Source of the DNA: Octopus bimaculoides
Lineage: Eukaryota
Direction of reading: 5' to 3'
Length of the DNA: 32,059 bases
Assembly (NCBI RefSeq): GCF_001194135.2
Contig: NC_068992.1
Span: 61,741,468-61,773,526, forward strand
The stretch's first letter is position 1. Each line of letters starts with the position of its first letter. Position numbers and translations under genes: made by a program. The notes under the pieces were generated by a model. It made no database searches, was not told the origin of the DNA, and worked only from the letters and a program-made list of their open reading frames with translations. Positions 1-10,626 of this stretch are shown one piece after another.

Positions 1-67
<67 letters not shown>

Positions 68-248
68 TGTATGTATGTGTTTTTGTCTCCTCACCACTTG
101 ACAACTAGTGTTGGCTTCTTTATGTGCTCATGATTTAAAAGTTCAGCACTTAAGACTGATAGAATAAGTACAATTTTTGCAACTACAACCTTTCAAGGCA
201 GTGCCCCATCATGGTGGCAGTGCAGTGACTAAAACAAGATAACAGATA
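1..248 (+). mobile_element. (GT)n followed by the 3' module of a type A1 SINE (head lies before the window)
   Basis: (GT)n 1-64, then ...accacttgacaactagtgttgg...gatagaataagtac...gtgccccatcatgg...gtgactaaaacaagataacagata, collinear with the 3' halves at 3313-3492 and 4680-4844. Confidence 0.75.
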
Positions 249-780
249 TGAAGAACTCCACCCTAAATTCATGTGTGTGTGGAATATTCAATCAATAACT
301 CTTTGGTACTGGGGTAACCACCGTATATCAGGCAGTAGTATGGAGGGGGAGACACAAGTTTAGCTAGTTTAAGTTGCTGATACAATAAATAAGTCAAAAA
401 GAAAATTCAACTAAGAAGTGATACAGTGTAGCAGATTTGACTTGTTGAGAGTTTCACATCATTATACTGCTTCCTTCTCTTACACACACAAACACACACA
501 CACACAAATCAATTGAACATTACATGGTTTTATTGATATTTCCATTCTTACTCAGAAATATTTACAGCTGAATCAATAAAAAAATCCCTCTTTATTGAAC
601 AGTTGTTTTAGAGTTGTTTATAAACTCCACTGGCATCAAAACTAGGTTTGGATCAAAACAAACTAGATCTGAGCTTAATCAAACACACTGGAAATTTTTT
701 TTTTTAATGGTTAAAGAATAAACCAGGGTTTATTTTATTTTATTTTTATGTTCATTTTTCCAAAATTGATTTTAGTTTAG

Positions 781-926
781 ATGTAGACATGGTTCCCAAC
801 TGCAAGGTTCTGGGTTCAGTCTGCCTACATGGCACTTTGAGCAAGTATCTTCTATAGCTTCAGGCAAATCAAAGCCTTGTGAATGTATTTGGTAGATGGA
901 AACTGAAAGAAAACCATTGTGTACAG

Positions 927-971
<45 letters not shown>

Positions 972-1102
972 TGTGCATGTGTTATCTCCTTACCTTGACA
1001 TCACTTGATAATTGTAAACAAGTGTCACCATCCTTCATTTCCAATCATCTGTGAAAACAAGTCTGGCCATGGGGAAATATATTACATTGCTTGAAAACAA
1101 TT
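781..1102 (+). mobile_element. tRNA-derived SINE type A2, 3'-truncated
   Basis: B-box-like gggttcagtc, core aaagccttgtgaatgtatttggtagatggaaactgaaagaa, central (GT)n, then ccttgacatc...ggccatggggaaatat shared with other A2 copies. Confidence 0.75.
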
Positions 1103-1164
1103 GGGGGACATTAAAAACTTCCAAAAGTATTTTTAGTGATTCTATAATTCAATTCAGATATTGT

Positions 1165-1357
1165 ATACTGAAGAGAAAGTGTGCCGTATCAGACCAAGAA
1201 AGATGTGAAGGGCAGTGAGGCCAGATCTCAAGATGCTTGGACTCTCAGATGAGCTAACAAAAGATGAAAATAAATATAAACAGTGTATATGGCAGACCCA
1301 TTCACCTACAAGCCAACATACATAAGTTGGACATTACAACACTGATGAAATATGATG
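1165..1357 (+). mobile_element. Old RTE-clade LINE 3' fragment
   Basis: Translates as RIRPRKM*RAVRPDLKMLGLSDELTKD, matching the RTE ORF C-terminus seen at 20255-20300 (VVRRDLQMLGL); ends in degenerate ttggacatta...tgatgaaatatgatg tail. Confidence 0.55.
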
Positions 1358-1442
1358 TAGGCTGACAGTAAACACTACCTATAATTCAGAAACTTGTTTT
1401 ATATGCTATTCAAATGTACAAATGAAATAAACATATTGTAAA

Positions 1443-1845
1443 CATCATTCTCATAATCATTTTAACATCCACTTTTCTATACTTTCTTGAATAAGACAGA
1501 ATTCACTGAGGCAGATTCTATACAGCTGGATGCATTTCTTGTTCGCAACCCTCAACTGTTTCCACACAAGGTAATATTTCCCCATGGTCAAACATTTTTT
1601 ACCAAAAATTGTAAATAAAGACCATTGCTTGTATAATGGTGATGCTCATTTTTACAACCTTCAAATAATGTCAAGGCAAGGACTCCAACACAATTATATA
1701 TGTACACACACACACACACAATAGGTTTCTTTCAGTTTCCATCTACAAAATCTCCTCACAAGGCACCTTGGGCAGTTTTCACACACTGGGATTGAACCCA
1801 GATCCACATAGTTGGGAAACAAATTTCTTAACCTCACAGCCATAC
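1443..1845 (-). mobile_element. tRNA-derived SINE type A2
   Basis: Reverse complement has head, core (tttcagtttccatctac on + strand), (CA)n and RTE-like tail (catcat...ttttaacatccactttt on + strand). Confidence 0.75.
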
Positions 1846-2180
1846 TTATTCATGAAAAGTTGTTTCAATAACTTACTTTTTTAAAAGCCCATGCATTTTT
1901 AATTACAAATTAAATTTATTTCATCTCTATAATCAATAAAAATTATTCAAATTAATTTACAGATATGGGCAAAATAAACTGACAAATATTCAAAGACAGA
2001 GGTTTTATTAACAAACATATGGTGGTAGTGGTGGTGGTGATGGTGGCAGTAGTAGGAGGAAAATATTTATCAGTAATGCACTTAGATTTGATAGAATAAA
2101 AAGATACAGTGTCACCAATGACGTTTATACATATAAATATATATATATACACATAATTATATATATATATATATATATAT

Positions 2181-2440
2181 ATACTGTAACAGAAAACTAA
2201 TAGTTTATGCAAAGCACTATATGATCAATAATGTAACCACTGTTATATTGATGGCAAACCAATAGTATATGTAGAATACTGAGACAATGTATGATCACTA
2301 GTATAACCAAACATACTGATAGAAAATCAATAATATATATAGAGTAGTATACGATCGGTAGTATGGCACAAAAGATACAGTGAAGAAAAACCTATAGTAT
2401 ATGCAGAGCACTGAATGATCAATAGTATAATGGAGCCAAC
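2181..2440. repeat. Degenerate ~63-bp minisatellite, about 4 units
   Basis: Units start at 2201, 2263, 2331 and 2394 (spacing 62, 68, 63); shared core tagtatatgcagagcactgnatgatcaatagtata and tail atactga..gaaaaccaa. Confidence 0.6.
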
Positions 2441-2558
2441 TAAAACAGCATTTTGTAAAATAAAAATTCATGTGATTACATAAATACCCATATAGTGCTT
2501 TTGTAGGAATGTAAAAAAAAATGTAAGAGTCTCTTTCTTTTATATATATATTTTTTAT

Positions 2559-2717
2559 GTGTTTCAATCATTGGACTGCGACCATGCTGGGGTACCACCT
2601 TGATCCCAGTAAACATCTTTTTAAGTCAGGTACTTATTTTAACAGTCACTTTTGCTGAACTGTTTCAGATACAAAGAAACAAACTAACACTGACTGTCAA
2701 GTAATGAGCACAGCCAT

Positions 2718-2748
<31 letters not shown>

Positions 2749-2920
2749 GATGCACACATGACAGGCCTCCACACAGTTTCCGTTAACCAAATTCACTCAC
2801 CACACATTGGCAGGCATGAGGTAACAGTAAAAGATACTTGCCCATGGTGCCGTGCAGTGGGACAGGACCTGAAAGCACATGATTACAAATTGAGCTTCTT
2901 AACAAGACAGCTATGCCTGT
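2559..2920 (-). mobile_element. tRNA-derived SINE type A1
   Basis: tgtttcaatcattggactgcgaccatgctggggtacc is the reverse complement of the A1 tail; (CA)n; head remnant ttcttaacaagacagctatgcc. Confidence 0.7.
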
Positions 2921-2952
2921 GTCCATGATTTGAAACAAAAAAACCCTGCCAT

Positions 2953-3060
2953 AAATGGTTTCCAATTGCAGCAAAAGGCCAGTAATTTCAAAGAAGGGAG
3001 AAGTGAACTACATAGACCCCCAGTGTTCACTTGATACTTGTTTTATCAACCTGAAATAAA
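2953..3060 (-). mobile_element. Type B SINE, 3' fragment
   Basis: aatggtttcc...aaggccagtaattt...ccccagtgttcacttgatacttgttttatcaacc aligns with 26903-26998. Confidence 0.6.
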
Positions 3061-3087
3061 AGTATTCATTTCAAGAAATACAACAAA

Positions 3088-3492
3088 GTGGCTGTGTGGT
3101 AAGAAGCTTGCTTCCCAATCACATGGTTCTGGGTTCAGCCCCATTGTGTGGAACCTTGGGCAATTAGCCGCAGGCCAACCAAAGCCTTGTGAGTGGATTT
3201 GGTAGACGGAAATTGAAAGAAGCCCGTCATGTGAGTGAATGAGTGAGACAGAGTGTGTGAGTGAGACAGTGTGTGAATGAGACAGAGTGTGTGAGTGAGA
3301 CAGAGTGTGTGTGTCCTACTGCTTGTTGGTGTGTTTATGTCCCCATAACTTCACAGTTTGGCAAAAGAGAACGATAGAATAAGTACTAGGTTTTTAAAAA
3401 AAAAAGTCCTGGTGTTAATTTCTTCAACTAAAAACCCTTCAAAGTACTGCCCCAGCATGGCCATAGTCAAATGACTGAAACAGATAAAAGAT
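3088..3492 (+). mobile_element. Near full-length tRNA-derived SINE type A1
   Basis: A-box-like tggctgtgtgg, B-box-like gggttcagccc, core aaagccttgtgagtggatttggtagacggaaattgaaagaagcccgtc, internal repeat, tail ccccagcatggccatagtcaaatgactgaaacagataaaag. Confidence 0.85.
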
Positions 3493-4259
3493 ATATACAT
3501 ATGGGTAAATTTAGTCATCTAGAGGAGAGAATGATGAATGTTATGATGAGTGATGAATGATACGATAATAAATATGCTACTGTGTAAAGTAGTTTAATTT
3601 AATTTCTGGTCACCATTAACTGCTGTATCACTTGTGGTGGGGTATACAATAAGTAGATAAGGCTATAGTTGCTATGGTAAAAATAAAGAGGGTAAAGAGA
3701 TACCCTCTAAATATTGGTAGGGCAGTTACTTCCAAGTAATAATCAATAAAAGATATGCAAATTTGGTTTTCAACTGCAAGAAACCAAATGCTATATATTC
3801 ATACATTGAAGTGTGGTGGGGATTACATCCAAGTCTGGAGAAATCAATATTTAATGTTATCATGAAAATATAGAGCTTTGAAAACATAATGTTGTTGATA
3901 ATACAAGTAATACATTTTTAATATTGAATTCAACTCATGCTGGATATAAATTTTCAGGGAGTTTTTTTTTTTTTTTTTTTTTTTGTGGTTTTTGTCAGAT
4001 ATTTCAACATTTTATCTTGACAAGTAGGGGATTTTACTAAAAATTAGGAAATACCATACGTAAAAAATTTACAATAATTCAGTTATAACATGCCAATATT
4101 TCAGCTGAGAGCAAAGAGGTCTTTTTCTTTAAAAAAAAAAAACCCTTTTGCAATAATTTAGTTCAAAATTGTAATGCTATTTTCTCTCTACTATTTTTTT
4201 TTAAAATTAGGAATGAGAAAATTTCAGCCTTTAATTGCAGAAGTTTAATTGCAAATAAG

Positions 4260-4615
4260 NNNNNNNNNNNNNNNNNNNNNNNNNNNNNNNNNNNNNNNNN
4301 NNNNNNNNNNNNNNNNNNNNNNNNNNNNNNNNNNNNNNNNNNNNNNNNNNNNNNNNNNNNNNNNNNNNNNNNNNNNNNNNNNNNNNNNNNNNNNNNNNNN
4401 NNNNNNNNNNNNNNNNNNNNNNNNNNNNNNNNNNNNNNNNNNNNNNNNNNNNNNNNNNNNNNNNNNNNNNNNNNNNNNNNNNNNNNNNNNNNNNNNNNNN
4501 NNNNNNNNNNNNNNNNNNNNNNNNNNNNNNNNNNNNNNNNNNNNNNNNNNNNNNNNNNNNNNNNNNNNNNNNNNNNNNNNNNNNNNNNNNNNNNNNNNNN
4601 NNNNNNNNNNNNNNN
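4260..4615. other. Assembly gap (356 N)
   Basis: Run of N, followed by (TA)n. Confidence 0.99.
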
Positions 4616-4650
<35 letters not shown>

Positions 4651-4844
4651 ATATGTATGTGTGTGTGTATATGTTTGTGTGTCTGTGTTTGTCCCCCCAA
4701 CATCGCTTGATAACCGATGCTGGTGTGTTTACGTCCCCGTAACTTAGTGGTTTGGCAAAAGAGACCGATAGAATAAGTACTAGGCTCGACTAAAGGCGGT
4801 GCTCCAGCATTGCCATAGTCAAATGACTGAAACAATTAAAAGAG
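4616..4844 (+). mobile_element. Type A1 SINE 3' half (head probably in the gap)
   Basis: (TA)(TG)n then tttgtccccccaacatcgcttgataaccgatgctggtgtgtttacgtccccgtaacttag...ggcggtgctccagcattgccatagtcaaatgactgaaac; retains many CpGs, so little decayed. Confidence 0.85.
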
Positions 4845-4942
4845 TATACAGTTCAAGATCAATCTGTGCCAAGCAGCTTCACTCTGCGTGCTTTAGCTTC
4901 AGTACTATGGCAACAGTGCGGATACTATTGATCAGACCACAA

Positions 4943-4943
<1 letters not shown>

Positions 4944-4993
<50 letters not shown>
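4944..4993. repeat. (TA)n microsatellite
   Basis: About 25 perfect TA units. Confidence 0.95.
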
Positions 4994-4996
<3 letters not shown>

Positions 4997-5027
4997 CTTG
5001 TAAGTAAATGTGGCAGGAGGATGCTCA

Positions 5028-5243
5028 TTGTGTGTGTGTGTGTGTGTGCAATAAGTGTGTGTATGATTGTCTTTTGCCTTGATATCACTTGACAGTTGTA
5101 AACAAGTTTTGGTATCATAGTGTTATGTCATTCATTTCCATTATTCTGTGGAAGAATATTTGGCCATGGAGAAATATTACTTTGCTCAGAAACGGGTGAA
5201 GGTTAGCGACAGGAAGAGCATCTAGCCATAGAAAATTTGCTTG
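5028..5243 (+). mobile_element. Type A2 SINE 3' part
   Basis: (TG)n, ccttgatatcac...ggccatggagaaatattac...ggttagcgacaggaagagcatctagccatagaaaat (RTE-like tail module). Confidence 0.7.
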
Positions 5244-5319
5244 TTAAAATAACAAAGATTCATTTGTTTCACATTCAATTTCCCTTGAGTATATATTAGT
5301 GAGGCACTGTTTCATAGCC

Positions 5320-5657
5320 TTGGATACCCTTCTTGTCACTCACCCATACCTGTTTTTCAAGTAAGGTAGCTCTTATATATCCCACTTCTTCTATGACACA
5401 AAGCTAGAAGATAAATTGTCGACAAGAGAAACCACAGCATCATGATTGCTTGCACTTGTGATATTTGGAGAATATACAAACCGTGCACATGCATATATTA
5501 CATGTATATAACACACTTCTTTCGATTTCCATCAACAAAATCCACTTACAAGGCTTTGACTGGTCTGGGGCTATAGTAGAGGTGGTATAGTACAGTGGGA
5601 GTGAACCATAAACCACACAGTTGGGGAGAGAACTTCTTTACCACACAGCAGGCATAC
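5320..5657 (-). mobile_element. Type A2 SINE
   Basis: atacccttcttgtcac...cttctttcgatttccatcaacaaaatccacttacaaggctttg...cttctttaccacacagc is the reverse complement of the A2 layout. Confidence 0.7.
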
Positions 5658-6353
5658 AATAACATAAATAACTCAATGTTAAAACATAAATACAATAATA
5701 ATATTTCATTTATTTCCACTAATTAGAAAATGTGTAGCAAGATTATAAGAGCAATGACATCTGCAACTTACTAATTCTATTTTGTTCTCTTCTGAACAAT
5801 TTGCTCCAATCTTCTTAATTTAATGAGAAGCTGCAACTCAATACTTTCACTCTTTTTCAAATGAAAAGGGGGTCACAGGTACCCACACCCAAAATAAAAC
5901 CCTAAACTCTTTGTAAACTCAATACAGTTACTCTAACTGAACCTGTATAATTTGTGCAAAGATTAGTTTTAATTTCAATTCTAAACTCTCGTATTTTAAA
6001 AGTTTTTTTTTTTAAATTTTAAATAGAATAATCAGTTTGAATACTTATTGCAAAATTGCTTTATTGCACAAAATTAAATCATATTTAGCTAGTCTGTCTT
6101 AATTCACTGATTAATTAATCCAGGTTGAAATAATAATTAAGAGAAATAAATTCAATTAACAAATGAGTTAATTAAAAAATGTAATTTTTTAGTTATGTAT
6201 GCTACATAATTTCACAAATAAAATAGGCAGCCTCTGTATGTGAGAGAGAGAGGGGGAGGGGAAGAGCATTTACGTTCCTTTATCACTGCTCACTGATTAA
6301 AAATCTAGAGTCAAAGTTTTATCTCCAGCTTTAACTGGACAACAGAAAACATT

Positions 6354-6565
6354 TAATAATGATAATAATCCTTTCTGCAAAAGGCACGAAGTCTGAAATT
6401 TGATGGGAGGGAACTAATCAATTACATCAACCCCAGTACTCAACTGGTCCTTATTTTATCGACCCCAAAAGGATGAAAGGCAAAGTTAACCTCAGTGGAA
6501 TTTAAACTCAGAATGTAAAGACAGACGAAATACCACTAAGCATTTCACCTGGCATGCTACTGATT
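6354..6565 (-). mobile_element. tRNA-derived SINE type B
   Basis: (AAT)n tail, core ttttatcgaccccaaaaggatgaaaggcaaagttaacctc, B-box-like (aaactcagaa on + strand). Confidence 0.8.
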
Positions 6566-6659
6566 AAACAGAGAATATTGAATGCAAAACTACATCTCAA
6601 TTACACTGACCAAAGTCATGAAAACTAAAGCTTATATCTCAAACACACACACAAAACCA

Positions 6660-6780
6660 GTGCAGGCATGGCAGTACGGTTAAGAAGCTTACTTCCCAAC
6701 CATGTAGGCTTGGATACAGTCTTGATGCACAGCAAAGCTACGCGAGAGGATTTGCTAAATGAAAATTGAAAGCAGCTTTC

Positions 6781-6824
<44 letters not shown>

Positions 6825-7057
6825 ACATATATGAGTGCATGTGTGTGTTCATGTGTATCCTTTGTCTAAAAGCCATGCGATGGTTGTAAAGTGAGGCTGT
6901 TTGTTTCCAATCTTTTGTGAAAAATATAGTTTTGCATGGAGAAATATCACCTAGCTTGAAATCGGTGATGGTTGGCAACAGGAAGGGCATCTAACAGTAG
7001 AAATCTAATCTATCAACTAATTTCGTCATGGAAAAGTGTGTGCTAAATGAGGATGAT
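6660..7057 (+). mobile_element. Type A2 SINE, near full length
   Basis: Head gcaggcatggcagtacggttaagaagcttacttcccaacc, (GT)n, tail ggttggcaacaggaagggcatc...catggaaaagtgtgtgctaaatgaggatgat. Confidence 0.75.
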
Positions 7058-7228
7058 ATATAATTGATAGTAATCTCTTGAGACAAAGAAAGATGCTTCT
7101 GTAATTTCATATTGAACAACCTGCACAGACAATATGCATATAATAATCAACTGTAAACTGCATATAAACTCACAACCTCCATTAAATTGATATCATCTGT
7201 ACAGGGAACATATATCAGATGTTGAAGT

Positions 7229-7321
7229 GATAGGTGACTTATGTGGTCAGATAGGTGACTGTGGTCACCTATCTGACCACAGATAGGTGATTGTGGTCAA
7301 AGTGCAACAGTCTGACCACAG
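7229..7321. repeat. Cluster of short direct and inverted repeats including a perfect 18-bp inverted repeat
   Basis: tgtggtcagataggtgac (7242-7259) - tgtg - gtcacctatctgaccaca (7264-7281); gataggtga..tgtggtca occurs three times directly. Confidence 0.9.
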
Positions 7322-7325
7322 CTAT

Positions 7326-7329
<4 letters not shown>

Positions 7330-7374
<45 letters not shown>

Positions 7375-7533
7375 NNNNNNNNNNNNNNNNNNNNNNNNNN
7401 NNNNNNNNNNNNNNNNNNNNNNNNNNNNNNNNNNNNNNNNNNNNNNNNNNNNNNNNNNNNNNNNNNNNNNNNNNNNNNNNNNNNNNNNNNNNNNNNNNNN
7501 NNNNNNNNNNNNNNNNNNNNNNNNNNNNNNNNN
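7330..7533. other. (TA)n running into an assembly gap (159 N, 7375-7533)
   Basis: Direct. Confidence 0.99.
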
Positions 7534-7610
7534 ATATTACTCTATCTTTGGTATTCGAGTACCATTTTTTCCATCTTGTTTTGCACTTATGGCTCACCTG
7601 TGTATATGTA

Positions 7611-7694
<84 letters not shown>

Positions 7695-7695
<1 letters not shown>

Positions 7696-8971
7696 AGGGT
7701 GTCTCAGAAAGCTTTACCCATGTTTAAAACTCTTTCTAGAGAATATTGGTTCAGGTAATATTATCTACATTTTAAATAAGGATTTGCATATGTCTTTTGT
7801 CCATGTGTCTACTGTTTCATTCATCTATAACAGGTTTGTACACAAATGGCATTGAAAACAAAATGTGGCCATACTGTTGCTTTGAAAACAGTGGGAGTAA
7901 GCAACAAGTACATAAGAAAACAGTTGAATGTGTGCCATGAAACAGAGTTCAATACCTAGAAATGATGTATGGAGTTCACAACTACCTCTACCAGGCCAAA
8001 TCCTGGTAAGAAACGATCAATCATACCAAACAAACTGTTGGAACTGTGAAGAAACAAATGAACTGGAATCCCTGCAGGAGTGCAAGAAAAACTGCAAATT
8101 CTCTTGATATTTTGAAACCATAAATGCACACGATTTTTAAAGAGGCTTTAAAGCTACATACAAGAAACAATCCCAGCAATTAATTTCAGCTGTATCCAAG
8201 AAGAAACGGCTCGACAGGGATAAAACCATGTTAGCTGAGATGAAGTGCACTGCAAACAAATTATTGATCTGGTCTAATGAGAAGATCTTCACCGTAGAGG
8301 CAGTTACCAACAGGCAGAATAACAAGCTTTATGCAAGTAATGCAGGAGACTTGCCCGAAGGTAGTAGGAGTCATTCACACCATCAGAAGCCAGCATCACT
8401 AGTGGTGTGGGCTGCAGTTGCATCTGATAGGTCCAAGTCTCCCTTGATCTTCATTGATGCTGGAGTCAAGATCAACAGTGAAGTTTATGTGGAAATGTTG
8501 GATAACAAAGTGTTACCCTGGATCACGGAAACCTTTGTTGACTGTTACATCTTCATTCAAAAAGGGATTCCAGCCCACACATCCAGTTGACACAGAAATG
8601 GTGCAAAGAGCATTTCAGCAGTTTTTGAGACACAATGACATGGCGTCCCTCAAGTTCAGATATCAATCTCATAGACTTCGTTATCTTAGAGAGTATGGTT
8701 TTTGCACGATCCTATTCAAATGTGTCAGATCTGAAGAAAGCCCTTCTGTCTTCATGGGTCAAGCTGGATGAAGAGGTGGTATGGCACTCATGTAACTCAC
8801 TAACCACTCATTTGCAGACTATGATCAATGTGAAAGGTGGTCATTTTGAAATGTAACCATTGCAATGGATTGACAATTTACATTAGAACATGTGTGCCAA
8901 ATTTCATTATCCGACCTTAAATTTATTTTGAGTAATTGATATCAATGGGTAGATCTTTCTGGGACATCCTG
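7695..8971 (+). mobile_element. Tc1/mariner DD37D (maT-type) transposon, full length, decayed
   Basis: Inverted termini cagggtgtctcagaaagctttacccat (7695-7721) and atgggtagatctttctgggacatcctg (8945-8971), 23/27 complementary; TA at 7693-7694, TG at the right flank. Confidence 0.9.
7846..8856 (+). pseudogene. DD37D transposase pseudogene
   Basis: MALKTKC... start, IWSNEKIF (WSDEK motif, D1 mutated), FIQKGIPAHT (QQDGAPAH motif, D2 mutated), WRPSSSDINLID (SPDLNPxD motif); 37 residues between the D2 and D3 positions after one 1-nt frameshift correction; several stops. Confidence 0.9.
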
Positions 8972-9829
8972 TGTATTTGTGTGTATACATATATATATAC
9001 ACACACACATATATGTGTGTGTGTGTGTGTGTGTTTATATATATATATATAGGAAAATGAAGAATAAGGCAGAATGCTAAATTGGAAGCATGTTTTAATA
9101 AAGGTTTCTAACCGGCTTTCATTGCGAAGCAAATTTTCAAGAAGGAGAATGAAAATGTTTTTTACAAAGTACAAAATGAAGAAAATAATAATATATAAAA
9201 AAATAACTATACCAATACATTATATTGTCTTTGAGCTTTTGAAGTTTAATGGTAGTTCATGTATATAATGGTTGGAAAATAAGGATGCATGAGAATTGAG
9301 AGCTGTGTTAGGTTTAAAAAAAGGGTTAAAAGTTTGTGTTAAGCAGGAAGCGTGGTGTCAAAACAGGAAGTGTGTGTAAGGGGAGACAAATGTTTTTAGC
9401 TGGAGTTATGAACTCTTTTTCAACAGGAAGTTTATGTCTGTTCCTAATGTATAACAACAACATCTAAAATTAGAGTTCTGACATAATTTATAGAAAAGTA
9501 AAAAATAATTCTTCTGTAAACAATAATTAAATATTGAAAATAATAATAAGACTAAACTTAAGAAACCATAATGTAAAGTGAAGCATCTATATTTTCAAGT
9601 ACATCCTTGCAGATGAAGAATAAAGGAGCTATTTACTCCTAAGAATTAAAAGCTATTCCCAGTGTTTATAAAAGAAATATAAGCAACAAAGTATTATATA
9701 AATGGATACTTCACCACCACCACTCCTTGTATAAACATTTGAAAACTGTTTCTAAATGGAAAATTGACAGCAATAATATGATTATCTCAAGAAAATTTGA
9801 TTAAATCACAGTTTACACATTGAATGTGT

Positions 9830-10036
9830 TGCTTATACACACACAAATGTACATATACACAAAAATAAACAAATATATAGATGAATATACATACACACAT
9901 ATACAGGCAAATATACATTCATACACAGGCAAACATTCAAACATATACAGGCAAACATACATATACAGGCAAATACACATACATATACAGGCACATGCAC
10001 ACACATATACAGGCACATGCACACACACACACACAC

Positions 10037-10078
<42 letters not shown>

Positions 10079-10110
10079 CACTCATACATACACATACATG
10101 TTACGTACAC
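9830..10110. repeat. Compound (CA)/(TA) microsatellite containing a 22-bp minisatellite
   Basis: caggca at 9904, 9926, 9948, 9966, 9988 and 10010. Confidence 0.85.
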
Positions 10111-10399
10111 ACACAGAGCCAGTTATATGTTCATTTTTTTTTTTTTTTAACAAATGTTTTTCTGTTACCATGGGTTAGACGGAGACAATATGAGGGAACA
10201 GTTACTGAATGTATGCTCTTGCTGATACCAATCCTTATTTTTCCAAATATAATATTTTTTTTTTTCTATTACATTGATCTTTAAACAAATCTTGTCCAGT
10301 AATGGATGACTTTCTCACGGTTTGTTTCACATTACAGCTGTGCCCTGAAAGGGAACTTCACAAACACATTTATGGCATTCTGCAGCATTCAAGTCAAAT

Positions 10400-10568
10400 T
10401 TTTCAGATCAAAATTTACAGCCAAATGAATGGTGGGTCGACTTATACCCCAAGATGACTTAAAAGGACCAAAATTTCCATAGAAGATGCAAGAGAACTTG
10501 AAAAGATAGCAACAATGTTTGGATGTTTACACCACATATTATATCAACTTGTATGCCAGAAAATACAG
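10400..10568. mobile_element. Possible pogo/Tc2-like transposon terminal remnant
   Basis: gggtcgacttataccccaagatgactta and terminal caacttgtatgccagaaaatacag followed by TA resemble pogo-like subterminal repeats and TIR as I recall them; partner end not found. Confidence 0.35.
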
Positions 10569-10626
10569 TACACACATAAACAACGTAAATCCTGACCAAC
10601 ATAATTCAGTCAATTTCCTAACCTTA

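Noticed and set aside
3088-3160. tRNA-like A/B box sequence (also in other SINE heads)
   Set aside because: SINE heads; no complete cloverleaf, and they continue into SINE core sequence
4925-4937. 13-bp inverted match (tgatcaatagtat) to a unit of the 2181-2440 minisatellite
   Set aside because: Single short AT-rich match with no extension
4245-7758. Long ORFs spanning N runs (4245-4835, 4249-4710, 7287-7727, 7291-7758, 7328-7597)
   Set aside because: Open only because gap bases translate as X
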